Part shown: piece after piece, positions 53,612 through 64,000 of the stretch | Layout of the letters: each line of letters starts with the position of its first letter | Numbering within the stretch: position 1 is the first letter of the stretch | DNA from: Folioceros fuciformis | Lineage: Eukaryota | DNA length: 64,000 nucleotides | Reading direction: 5' to 3' | Assembly (NCBI GenBank): GCA_049999805.1 | Contig: JBNGIO010003079.1 | Coordinates: 1-64,000 of the forward strand | Made by a program: the position numbers and the translations under genes | The notes under the pieces: model-generated | What the model was told of the DNA's origin: nothing | Seen by the model: the letters and a program-made list of their open reading frames with translations, nothing else | Database searches by the model: none

Positions 53612-54282
53612 CTTGTGTCTGCCAGTCCCGCATTAACACACCACACTTGTTACGGAGAGGGCGACCTCCCTACTCAACCCCAACCCCGAACCTTGGTCAG
53701 CAGGCATAGCGATGGGCTCGTTTCCGCTCCACGAAGCAAGAGCCCTTGCTCCTCCTGTCCTCCGAGTCAAGGTCACGGCAGAGACAATGCTCTCCATCCT
53801 CTTGCATGCTACCAGATCTAAGACGGGAATCAAACTCCTACACACGATCATATTCCGTTTAACCACTTCATCTCCTGCAGGTAAATTTCATTTCATGTTT
53901 CACGCCATCATAGGCAATGCTAATTTTGGCCGACAGTAACAGCTTCAAAGCTCCAAAGATGCTGTTCTTCAGGAACGCATACTCTGGGTCGCTCAGTGCA
54001 GATGTGTTCATTACGTTCTACGGCTTTTAGTGCAGGTCTTTACAACGAGAAGCGGACATACTTCATTGGAAAGACGGAAACCAGCTACCCACCAAGAAGA
54101 AGAGGGATAATTTACTCAAGGGCACTTTTGTCAGGCCACTCAAAAGTATCAATCACCCAAAGAACTTAGAACCATTTTTGCCAATGCCTTCTACAGGGCA
54201 ACGGATACCCTCTAGCCAAAGAAAGTAATAAGGAAGGGGACGGACTAGTTCTTGGTGAACCCTTTGCCCATGGTTTTCCCAG

Positions 54283-54961
54283 GTCTCAATAGCAAAGGGG
54301 GATGAGTCTCAATAGCAAAGGGGATGAAGGTGTGCGGTCTTCGGCCCATCTTGGGGGCGTTAAGAATCACATGTTTGCAAACATCGTCCCAGATTAGGTC
54401 ACTAATAACCACATTTGCAAGAGATTAGGTCACTAATAACCACATTTGCAACAATACAAATGGATTGATCTAAAGGGAAAACGTTAGTGAGCTGGGTGTA
54501 AAGGTGCCCACTACATGGGGGCATCTTTAGTGAAAAAACCTTCCTTCACTAATGATAGAAAACATGAGGTCCCAAAACATTGTGCACAGCTATAATATAG
54601 CTACCCACATGCCAACATTGTGCACAGCTATAATATAGCTACCCACATGCCTAATATCAGGCCAAGTGTGTTCCTGTGTCAACAAGAGGGGCCCTATAAC
54701 TACACGCAAAAGGAGAGCAAGCAAAGCATGGACTACTTGCAAGCCCCATTGAAAATGCAGTACAAAGGAAAATGTTGTTGTTGCGGGCGTGCAACACTTA
54801 GATACTAAGATGAGTACAAAGGAAAATGTTGTTGTTGCGGGCGTGCAACACTTAGATACTAAGATGACGTAGAAGCCACTAACCAGCTCTCTTTCCTAAG
54901 GAAGTATGGAGATTTATGTCACTAACCAGCTCTCTTTCCTAAGGAAGTATGGAGATTTATG
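54283..54961. repeat. Cluster of five unrelated short two-copy tandem duplications (22-54 bp)
   Basis: Pairs at 54283/54306, 54391/54422, 54576/54614, 54759/54813 and 54877/54920. Confidence 0.93.
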
Positions 54962-56143
54962 ATTCTCAGTGAGCTTAGAAATGGGGGAGTGCCAATTGTA
55001 AATGCAAACAATGTTTCTCTTATATACATGAGTCAAGCCTTTAAAGGCCATCCTTGGTAAGAGAGGAAAGGATTTGCAGGATATGCAAATTGAGGAGAAG
55101 AATTGGCCAGACTTAAGGAGGCTTGCAAAGGAGAAACTCCCCCTTCAATGCTTGTGATGCACTTCGAAGAGGATGCAATCAAAAGAATGCAACATCATCA
55201 TGTAGTGATTAATGTGGTATGGTGTGCTTGTTATGCATTTCTAAGAGGATGCACCCCAGAGAATGCACTCCAGAGAATGCAACACCATTAGTGAATGCAC
55301 TCCAGTGAATGAACCATGTGATGTGTTGTGATTGTGATGCACTTCCAACGGGATGCACTCAAGAGTATAGTACCATCACGCAATGATTGATGTGTAATGT
55401 AGTGTGGTGTGAATAGTTATTAACTATTGAACCATGTATAAGTACGATGTTTAGTGGCACAACAAGTCAGAGAACAAGATGTGGGTAAAGAGAGCCTAGT
55501 GATGCTAAATCACTAATTACACAATCAAAGGGGCCTAAGCATATGTTGTTTCTCCAAAAGCTGTGCAGATATTGCTTCTCCAAAAGTTGTACAAGGCTCT
55601 TGTACAAATCTCTTAGCTTAGACAACAAAAACTAGAGACTGAACAATTGTATGAAAAAGGTACCCCAATAGAAGGAGGGGATAGGTGAGATGCACACCAA
55701 ATCCCCCACCAAAATATTTCTAAATGAATGTGGAGCCCAACTACGACCGCAACCACGTTGGAGACCGACCATGACACAATGTAATCCCTCCATGAAGAAA
55801 GATAACACCTTTTGCACTTAAGGGGAAGAGGTAAAGAGGAACAACAATCCAAAGTGGTTATGCGGAATAATAAATTGGAGAGGAAATGTAACCTGGTGAG
55901 CGATAGAAGCTGAGTCGGGCGCCTATGTGGATCACAACAAACAGCATACTGTACGTACGTACGCATATATATGTTGGTAGTGGGCCAACGTCGAACACTA
56001 AACGCTAGCCTAGGGTTGATGTTATTGCTTCGTTTGCCGGCACTAGGCCGAGGGTGCGATGACGACGACGGGCTGGAGGGGCAGGAAGGACGAGGCCTGT
56101 AGGATCTGAGCGGCGCGGTGGATCGGGGACAGCGCCAGCCGCC

Positions 56144-59100
56144 ATGGCGTCGGTGCGAGAGCAGGCGGTTGCTCTGCTCAACGACGCCAAGCTCCAGGCG
56201 GACTCGTCGTCCAGGGTGGATCACCTGAAGCAGTTGATGGAGCTGGTGCTGTACCGGGATCCCGACCTGCTGGGGGAGTTCGTGCCGCACTTGCTGGAAT
56301 TCCAGTGTGAGCGGGGCTGGTTCCTGCGGAAGTACCTGGCGGAGGTGGTGGAGCTGGTAGGCATGAAGTTCTTGAAGCACGTCCCGGTGATGGTGCCGGC
56401 TCTGCTGACGCTACTGAGGGATTCGGCGGCTGCGGTTGTGCAGCGGGCCATCATCACCGCCACGCATCTCTTCGGCTACACCTTCGAGCAGCTGGTTTTG
56501 CAGGGGATCTACTCACGGCAGGTGGAGAAGTGGCTGGTTGATGCCTGGGCGGGCATGCTGAAGGTGAAGGAGGTGGTGCTCACCACCGTGGTGTTTGACG
56601 GCAACGACGTGATCCGGCTGCATGCCATCAAGTTCGTGGAGAGCGCCATTCTGCTGTTCACGCCGGATCCTAACAGCTCGGCCCGGCCCTCGCTGCAGGC
56701 GGAGGGCGCGTCCAAGGAGTGCAACGTGGCGTGGATCTCGGGAGGTCATCCCATCCTCGGCGCCAGTGAATTAGGTCAAGAAGCCAGCCGGAGCCTGGGG
56801 TTGCTTCTGGGCCAATTGAGGGCTCCAGATGTGTCGTCTCTTCCCGGCCCTGTCGCCATTGTCTTGTTGAACAGCTTAGGTAATATTGCAAAGAAAAGGC
56901 CCACCCTTTTCGGAAGAATTCTGCCTGTCTTGATTGCTTTAGGTCCCAATTGCGACGCCATCAAGGGATCTCAGGTCACCAGCGTCATCCACACTCTTAG
57001 AACCAATTTGCTAGGGTTGCTCAAGTGCACGCATCCCGGAGCTGCTCCCTGGCGAGAGCGCCTGGTCGACGCGCTGCGGGCGATGAACGCCGGGGACTCT
57101 GCGGAAGCCGCCCTTCGCCAGGTCGGACGGGTGCTGCGTGGGGCTGACAGGGAACCGGGAGGGGTTGTGGATCGACGACCTGCCGCTCCTGCTGCCAAGG
57201 ATGAGCGGTTGCAGGTTTCCTCGTCTCTCTTCATCAACTCCACGGACGCTGGGCGCAAGAGAGCCATGGTGCACGAGAATGGGAGTCAGGCAGGGGATGT
57301 GGAGGATTTGGTCAAAAGGTTGAGGCCGAATCCTTCGGCTGCTGCTGGTGCTGCGATGGCTTCCTATCTCTCGCATATGCAATCGGAGGGGCAGCGTAGG
57401 GTTCTGGGATTGAACGGGAAGGGAGCGGGAGCGGTCTCCCTGCAGCAGCAGATCAATTCCATGATCGCAAATGTGGTGTCGCAGGGGGGGCCGTATGAGG
57501 CGACCGTCGATGTGCTCATCGGCAGCATCCCGCCGGAAGTGCTTGTGGACATTGTCGTCGGTAATATGATTTACTTGCCCACGCGCCCGCCTGCGCAATC
57601 TTTAAATCCCGCGGCCGATTCCGCATATTCTGTGGACGGACCAGCCGCGACGGCTGGCCTGCGATTCCAGCAGTCTTCGTCGCATTTTGTTGTCGACGGT
57701 CGGCCGCAGCATCTGGAATCCCGTTTGCAACCTGATCTTCGGCGGGATCCAAGACGTGGGCTGGTTGCGGGGACCAGTCCATCTTTAGAGATAGACGCGG
57801 GAGTAGGAGGAGTTGCGGGCGTAGGGGCAGTAGTAGCGAAAATCGAGAGAGCGGATCTGGTGAAGATAGAGGAGTCGACATACCCTGGCAGCAGAGATCC
57901 CAGGGGAGCGGGTCGGGGTCAGGCATCTCATTTGCCTACGGCTAAATTCAGGCCTATGCCCATCAAAGTGGAGTCAGTTGACAATGCCCCTCAAGCTCAA
58001 GGAAGTGAGGATGGAGCATCTTCAGCAATGGGTTTATACGGAGATCTTTTAAGGCCCCCTTTAGTCATATCTGCTCACTCCGTTCCCCCTTCACATATCC
58101 TCAGGCTTGAGGATCTCACCACTGCGCTCAGTGCTGCTAAAGAGGGACAGCGTAGTGTTGCGACGTCCGTACCAGGGCCTATACCTGTTCTCCCTCTCCA
58201 CGTTGAGCAGCAGTCTGCCCTTTGCAAGAGGGCTGTCATGCGAATTTTGGAGAGTTACAAGGCTGTTGAAGCTGCGGGGAGAGGTGACTTGCGCATGGCA
58301 ACGCTTGCTCGATTGGTGTCTCAGTCTCGAGAGGATGGTGTGCTGGATGTGTTCCGGAAGTATTTGTTGGCAGATTATCATGGCCACAAGGGTCATGAAC
58401 TTGCTTTACATGTGCTCTATCAGCTCTATGTGGGGCAAGCTTTCGATTCGGACAGCCCTCCAAACCTTTCGGAGATACATCCTGCTTATGAGAGTTTCCT
58501 TCTCTCACTGGCTGAAGGTCTCAAAGACACACTGCCTCCTTCTGACAAGTCTTTGAGTAGATTATTTGCAGAGTCACCAGTGCTACCTGGATCAGGTCTC
58601 AGGTTGCTCGAAGGTCTTTGCATTCCCTCCTCTCAGGTAAGGGATGAGAAGGAAGTTTTGAGTGCCGAACGCATAACCCAGGGGCTAAGTATTATTTGGA
58701 GTCTCATTCTGCAGAGGCCTCCAGTCAGGGAGACCTGTTTAAGAATTGCACTGCAGTGTGCAGTACACGAGCATGAGGCTGTAAGAACTAAGGCTATCCG
58801 ACTTGTTGCAAACAAGTTGTTTCCTCTTAGCTATGTTGCACCCAAGATAGAGACCTTTGCAACAGACATGTTGCTTTCTGTTGTTGATCCGAGAGAAGTG
58901 CCTGGTAAGGTACAGGACAGCATGGATGTAGATGCATCGACCATAGTACAGGATATGGAAACCAAGATGATGAGTGACCAGGTGAATGGCGTGGAAGCGA
59001 AACAGAGTGACGTTTTGGGTTCTGTTGTTGCTGATGAGATGACTGGTGGGGATGATGGTCAGAGGAGCAAGAGCAACCCAGCTGTGACAACGGCAGAGGC

Positions 59101-60094
59101 ACAACGTTGCATGTCTCTCTTTTTTGCCTTGTGCACCAAGAAGCATGCCCTACTAGGGCAGCTGTTCAGCGTATACGGCCGTGCCTCCAAGGAGTTCAAG
59201 CAGGCTGTGAAGCAGAGGATGCCACTTGTTGTGCGATCCATAGGGGCCTCATCTCCTGAGCTACTGACCTTAATAGCCAATCCTCTGCCTGGCAGCTCAA
59301 ATCTGCTGCTGGGCGTGTTGCATAGCATTTCGGAAGGCGGTACAATGTCCCAGGAGTTGATCTCCACAGTTAAACAACTGTATGAAAAGCTCCATGATGC
59401 TAGTTTTCTTATCCCAATTCTGTCCTCTTTTTCTAAAGAGGAGGTCTTGCCCATCTTTCCCCGCCTGGTGGAGTTGCCGCCAGAAACTTTCCAAAGCTCT
59501 CTCGATCGCATTCTGCAGGGTTCTGCTCATTCTGGTCCTGCAATGACACCAGCAGAGGTTCTACTTGCCCTCCATGATATTGATCCTCGTCGAGACGCAT
59601 TGCCATTGAAGAAGATAACAGATGCTTGCTCAGCCTGCCTTCAGCAGCGAACGGTGTTTACGCAACAGGTTCTGGCAAGAGTGTTGAATCAGATGGTTGA
59701 ACAGACTCCACTTCCTTTGCTTTTTATGCGGACTGTGATTCAGGCGGTAGGTGCTTTTCCTTCTCTTGTGGACTTTGTCATGGAAATACTCTCAAGACTT
59801 GTTAGTAAGCAGATCTGGAAAACTCCAAAGTTGTGGGTCGGTTTTCTCAAATGTGCAAATCAGACTATGCCACGCTCATTTCATGTATTACTGCAACTTC
59901 CAGCGCTTCAGTTGGAGGATGCTTTAAACAAACAGCCCACCTTGAGAGCTCCTTTGGCTGCCCATGCGATGAAACCAAACATCAGGGCAAATGTTCCTCG
60001 ATCATCTTTAGTTTTGTTGGGGATTGTCCAGGATGGTCCAGCTCCTGATTCTGTTGCCCCAAGTGCTACAGCACAGGCAGAAATTCCAACATGA
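56144..60094 (+). CDS. Symplekin (Pta1/ESP4-like) mRNA 3'-processing scaffold, single exon
   Basis: N-terminal HEAT-like region (AIKFVESAILLFTPD, IAKKRPTLFGRILPVL) and C-terminal symplekin block (VFTQQVLARVLNQMVEQTPLPLLFMRTVIQA...LVSKQIWKTPKLWVGFLKC). Confidence 0.95.
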   Translation: MASVREQAVALLNDAKLQADSSSRVDHLKQLMELVLYRDPDLLGEFVPHLLEFQCERGWFLRKYLAEVVELVGMKFLKHVPVMVPALLTLLRDSAAAVVQRAIITATHLFGYTFEQLVLQGIYSRQVEKWLVDAWAGMLKVKEVVLTTVVFDGNDVIRLHAIKFVESAILLFTPDPNSSARPSLQAEGASKECNVAWISGGHPILGASELGQEASRSLGLLLGQLRAPDVSSLPGPVAIVLLNSLGNIAKKRPTLFGRILPVLIALGPNCDAIKGSQVTSVIHTLRTNLLGLLKCTHPGAAPWRERLVDALRAMNAGDSAEAALRQVGRVLRGADREPGGVVDRRPAAPAAKDERLQVSSSLFINSTDAGRKRAMVHENGSQAGDVEDLVKRLRPNPSAAAGAAMASYLSHMQSEGQRRVLGLNGKGAGAVSLQQQINSMIANVVSQGGPYEATVDVLIGSIPPEVLVDIVVGNMIYLPTRPPAQSLNPAADSAYSVDGPAATAGLRFQQSSSHFVVDGRPQHLESRLQPDLRRDPRRGLVAGTSPSLEIDAGVGGVAGVGAVVAKIERADLVKIEESTYPGSRDPRGAGRGQASHLPTAKFRPMPIKVESVDNAPQAQGSEDGASSAMGLYGDLLRPPLVISAHSVPPSHILRLEDLTTALSAAKEGQRSVATSVPGPIPVLPLHVEQQSALCKRAVMRILESYKAVEAAGRGDLRMATLARLVSQSREDGVLDVFRKYLLADYHGHKGHELALHVLYQLYVGQAFDSDSPPNLSEIHPAYESFLLSLAEGLKDTLPPSDKSLSRLFAESPVLPGSGLRLLEGLCIPSSQVRDEKEVLSAERITQGLSIIWSLILQRPPVRETCLRIALQCAVHEHEAVRTKAIRLVANKLFPLSYVAPKIETFATDMLLSVVDPREVPGKVQDSMDVDASTIVQDMETKMMSDQVNGVEAKQSDVLGSVVADEMTGGDDGQRSKSNPAVTTAEAQRCMSLFFALCTKKHALLGQLFSVYGRASKEFKQAVKQRMPLVVRSIGASSPELLTLIANPLPGSSNLLLGVLHSISEGGTMSQELISTVKQLYEKLHDASFLIPILSSFSKEEVLPIFPRLVELPPETFQSSLDRILQGSAHSGPAMTPAEVLLALHDIDPRRDALPLKKITDACSACLQQRTVFTQQVLARVLNQMVEQTPLPLLFMRTVIQAVGAFPSLVDFVMEILSRLVSKQIWKTPKLWVGFLKCANQTMPRSFHVLLQLPALQLEDALNKQPTLRAPLAAHAMKPNIRANVPRSSLVLLGIVQDGPAPDSVAPSATAQAEIPT

Positions 60095-61218
60095 TCATTA
60101 GTGTGGATGTTAATGATCTGGATCTGGCCTCATGTTAAGCACGTTACCTTCTTAAAGGACCAGAGCACCAACATGGGGAGATGTCTGGAAGTATGCAGGA
60201 TCCCCAGTTTAAGTCTCTGGCCATGAAACTGTTCAAGGGGGAGACTTCCAGGACAAGCTGCAGGTGGAAGCTTGGAATGTAGAAATTGCTCGCTGTCTTG
60301 ATGTGGGCGGGACATTCCGGGTGAGGTGATTTTTGCTAAGGCTGGCAATGATTGGACTCCAAAACTAGCTGTGCAAGTTTCTTGGCTGATTTTGTAGAGA
60401 AACGTCAGCCCTGTAAGCTTGACAAGCAATGAAGCAGTCTAGATTCCACGAGCCCCTGTCGAGGCAGATTCGAGGCAGACAAGTTTGAAGAATGTCAACC
60501 AAGCAGGTACCTTCTCTTCCCACCTCTTGTCAGTGTCAACGTGGCTCATTTTATTTGATGCTTGATCCCTGTGTGCTGGTCAGTCAATCATCCCAAGTCT
60601 TTTAAGGATTTCTTGGGAAGTTGGTTGCCTTGTATGTTTGTCATTCTAGACCGCTTTCAGGTCCCCTGTTCTAATGTATACGTTCAAAACGTATGTTCTG
60701 CAGGTCCATGACGTTCATCCTCTCCGATAGTCTAAGATGAGGACTGCACTACCTATTTTGCAGCTAGCCTGGGTATCGCTCCCTTGGCACTGCTGCGCCC
60801 CCCGCATCATGCGGGCATTTTTGTTGTGAACCGACTCTAATTGCCCGCTCTCTCGGCTCGTTGTAATTGTATCACGAATAAAATGGGAATAATGCTCGTA
60901 ATTCGTTTCTTGTGTTGTAGACGTTTACATATTCCCTATCGACTGACAAACTCAAGACTCAATTAACGAATCTGTTCTGCGAGTTAAACGCGGCTCTCGC
61001 AGAACATTTTGTCTCATCCATGCACAGATATCTGTCACAGTTCTCCAAAACACGTACACATTTGCGAAATGCACTGCATCAAAGTTTGGCAGATTCCACA
61101 CTGCTGCGTTCGGCTCAATGTGATCAAAGCATGTGGGTTACTGTATCTGATTTGGTTCTATTAATTTAATCGTGAAATTTATCCTTTCCCGATTATGGGA
61201 CGTGTGAACAAGATATCT

Positions 61219-63681
61219 TCAGAACGTTCTGCCCCTGCTACTGTTCCTCTGCAACACGCGCACAGGAATGCCACCAAGATTGAAGTCTTCCTGAAGAGCA
61301 GAGACCAGAAACCGCAGGTCCGTGGCCTGAAGCTTCCCAACCCCACTCACAAAGACAACAAATGTTGGCGGCCTCGATTTCACTTGTGTCATATATCGTA
61401 CCTTTGGACCATGCCCTCCACCGACTTTCGGATGTCGGCTGATAACCTGTCAGCGAGGAGACTCAACCGAATCGTAAGGCCTTGGCTCAACCACTCAAGT
61501 GCGGACAGGAAAGCTATACTACTAGTACCTTCTGCAGCCACCTGTTGAGTTGTGCAGTTGACAGCCTGCGACACCACCTCTCGTAGCAACCAAATACATT
61601 GTTCATGATTTCTGTCCGCCCTTGCCCATCTTTGGCCGATGCGAAACAGACTGGTAATTCGTCAATCTGTAAGACAACGCACCACTTGCTCAAAACATGG
61701 CCTATTGGAGGGAAGTCTGCAGAACGATCTGCTCGAGTTTAGAAGGACTGCCTGAGGAAGGAGTAGTTTCAACTCCTTTGGCACTGCATGCAGAACCTTT
61801 TTGCGCAGCTTAGCGTTTTCATGACCCTCAAGCAGATCCATTTTGTTCACCACCACAACAAGACCCCGACCTTCCTTAACCACCCACTGTGCCAGAGCAG
61901 CTTCTGCATGAAGCAGGGTCTTCCTTGCAATTGCAATCTGAGGAATTGCCACCACAGAAGTACACAAGTAAACCAACGTCTAACTACAGGAGCTCGCATG
62001 GCCTAAGATGATAAACCGAACCAGTGATGACAAGAAAGGGATTGCAAAGAAATAGACCTCTTCAGCATCTAGCACGAGGGCTACAATGTGTGCCCTCATA
62101 ATACTTTCCCTTGCATGCATAGCACTCAAAGCGGCAGGTCCTTCCTCAAGGCGAGATCGTTGCATCCATCCAGCTGTATCAACCTGAAGGCAAACGATAA
62201 AGCTTTCCAGATCATGTCCACGTCCAAACGAGGCCATGCACCAAATGAAAATAGATCACTAACAAGGTAAACCGTCTCTCCTCCATACTCAAACTTAACA
62301 CGGACAGCATCCCGCGTGAGACCCGGCTCAGAGCCTGTGAGAACACGCTCCTGCTGGAGCAAAGCATTTAAGAGAGTAGACTTTCCAACGTTTGGCCGTC
62401 CTGCTATGGCCAGCTGCAGTGGGACCTTTTTCACAGTCTCTGTGCTGTCGAGATCGCCATTAACATCGTCAACTGCACAGCATGCAAAGGGAGGTAAACC
62501 AAACACTGTACTCAAACACCTTCAGATAAGACGACAACCAAGGAAACAGTTAAATAGCGGGGAGGCAACGAGAGTCCCATCACCTGCTCCTTCGTCAAAG
62601 GTTTCCTGCATGAAATCTTCGATCCAGGGTTGAAGAGCAGTGAACAGCTCACTCATGCCTTCCCCCGTCTCTGCCGAAACTGCAAGCGGATCACCAAAAC
62701 CAAGGCTGTGCGCTTCCGCTAAAGTTGCCAAAATCCCTCCACTTGCATCGTTGTGAATACCTTCTGCTTTATTCAGCAGAACGAGAACACGGATATGTGG
62801 AGAATGCCTCCGCAACCACTTGCCAATATCAGCATCCCCGGGTTGCAATCCGGCCCTGCCTGACAGTCATGCTACCCGCCGTAAACGTCTAGCAGGTATA
62901 ACAGGTTCTGACAAGTCCAGAGAGATTTAAAAATTATACAAAATCAACGGAAGCAAAGGAGAACAGCCAGGAACCTGCCATCGACGAGAAACAAAGCGAT
63001 TTGGCAGTTGCTCAGAGCTGCAGCTGTCAACCCAGCAGTTCTGGCCAAGAGGTTATTAGGTTCTGCCTCTGTCTCAAGGCCAGCTGTGTCAGCCACAATA
63101 AATCGCATGTCCCCCAGCCTCGCCATGCCCTCTCTCACATCGCGAGTGACATGAGCATCTGGTGTGTCGTACACCAAAGCCTCTCTTTTTCTTGTCAACC
63201 TGTAGGTCAAATCGTCAAGCCATTACATGAAGACACACACAAGCCAGGGAATTTTCGCTCGAAACAAGCTATCGCACCTGTTGAACAAAGCTGATTTGCC
63301 AACGTTCGGTCTCCCCACAATCATAACCTTCGGCAGCACCCTGACACGGGTTCTTCCACTTCCCTCTGCATCTAATCGAAAGGCCTGCCCCTCTCCAGCC
63401 ACCCATGACTTGTTGGCAGCATCGTCTACATGTCGAACTGGGGGGCCGGCCTCTGCAGCGAATGACAGTGCTTCTCGCTCGCATCTAAGCGCAGCTGTGC
63501 ACAATGAGGCACCATGTTTCCCCTCTGACCAAATCCAGCATTGCTTCACAACGTCTAAACCAACATTCCTAACACCAATCTTGCCTAACAAATGAAACCG
63601 ATCCAGCGGCTCATGCAGGCCAGGCTTGGAATGTCCAAGAGCAGCCAAGCTGGCATCCAACAGACTCCGCCATCGCCTCAT
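61219..63681 (-). CDS. der: EngA/Der double GTPase, probably organellar (multi-exon; start uncertain)
   Basis: Two G domains ([15 protein letters not shown]...DTAG...NKAE and [14 protein letters not shown]...DTAG...NKMD) and a KH-like tail [18 protein letters not shown]...FNLGGIPVR. Confidence 0.92.
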
Positions 63682-64000
63682 CAGGGTTTCCCTCAGGTCT
63701 ACAAATTCTCCGCTCAAGCAGCCGACTAATCTGTTGATGATATCCCCATATAGCACCGATAACTGCTTGTCTTCGGCTATCCTAATGCCCTAGCCAGGCG
63801 CCAGCATTTAGTGGGATCCCAGTCGCACATGCACGTGCCAACAGCTCCTGCCTATCCCCTCAGGGAGCTTCAAGTGATTTCGGAGAATTGTTTCGTACTC
63901 TTTCGATTCCGTTCCTTGTCAACAGAGCCGTACAAGCAACTGTGGAGCTTCTGCTAAGGATCCAGCACCGGGCCAGGACCGTGCTCCGCAGGCCCTCCTC

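Overview
Gene-dense nuclear DNA from a seed-free land plant. Short (~70-110 nt) spliceosomal introns, an HslU gene, an ELO-type PUFA elongase and PLS-class PPR genes with an 'SWWTD' PG-box suggest a hornwort; this is inference. In order, the window holds SSRP1, cytosolic GAPDH, HslU/ClpY, YLMG2, VPS35, RAD51, intronless PYD1, a CID/RPRD protein, an ELO elongase and a USP protein. These are followed by a head-to-head PPR pair (one intact, one broken), a diverged symplekin paralog, a DedA/TMEM41-type protein, an intact intronless symplekin and an EngA/Der GTPase. Four AT-rich islands contain tandem repeats. The most striking observation is that both PPR genes carry an N-terminal ~51-aa module matching the PDF ssDNA-binding motif of OSB/pTAC9 proteins. 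In the intact gene this module is fused to ~32 PLS motifs, E1/E2 and a WW-type PG-box with no deaminase active site. Multi-exon coordinates are start-to-stop spans read by eye, and internal exon boundaries were only partly verified.
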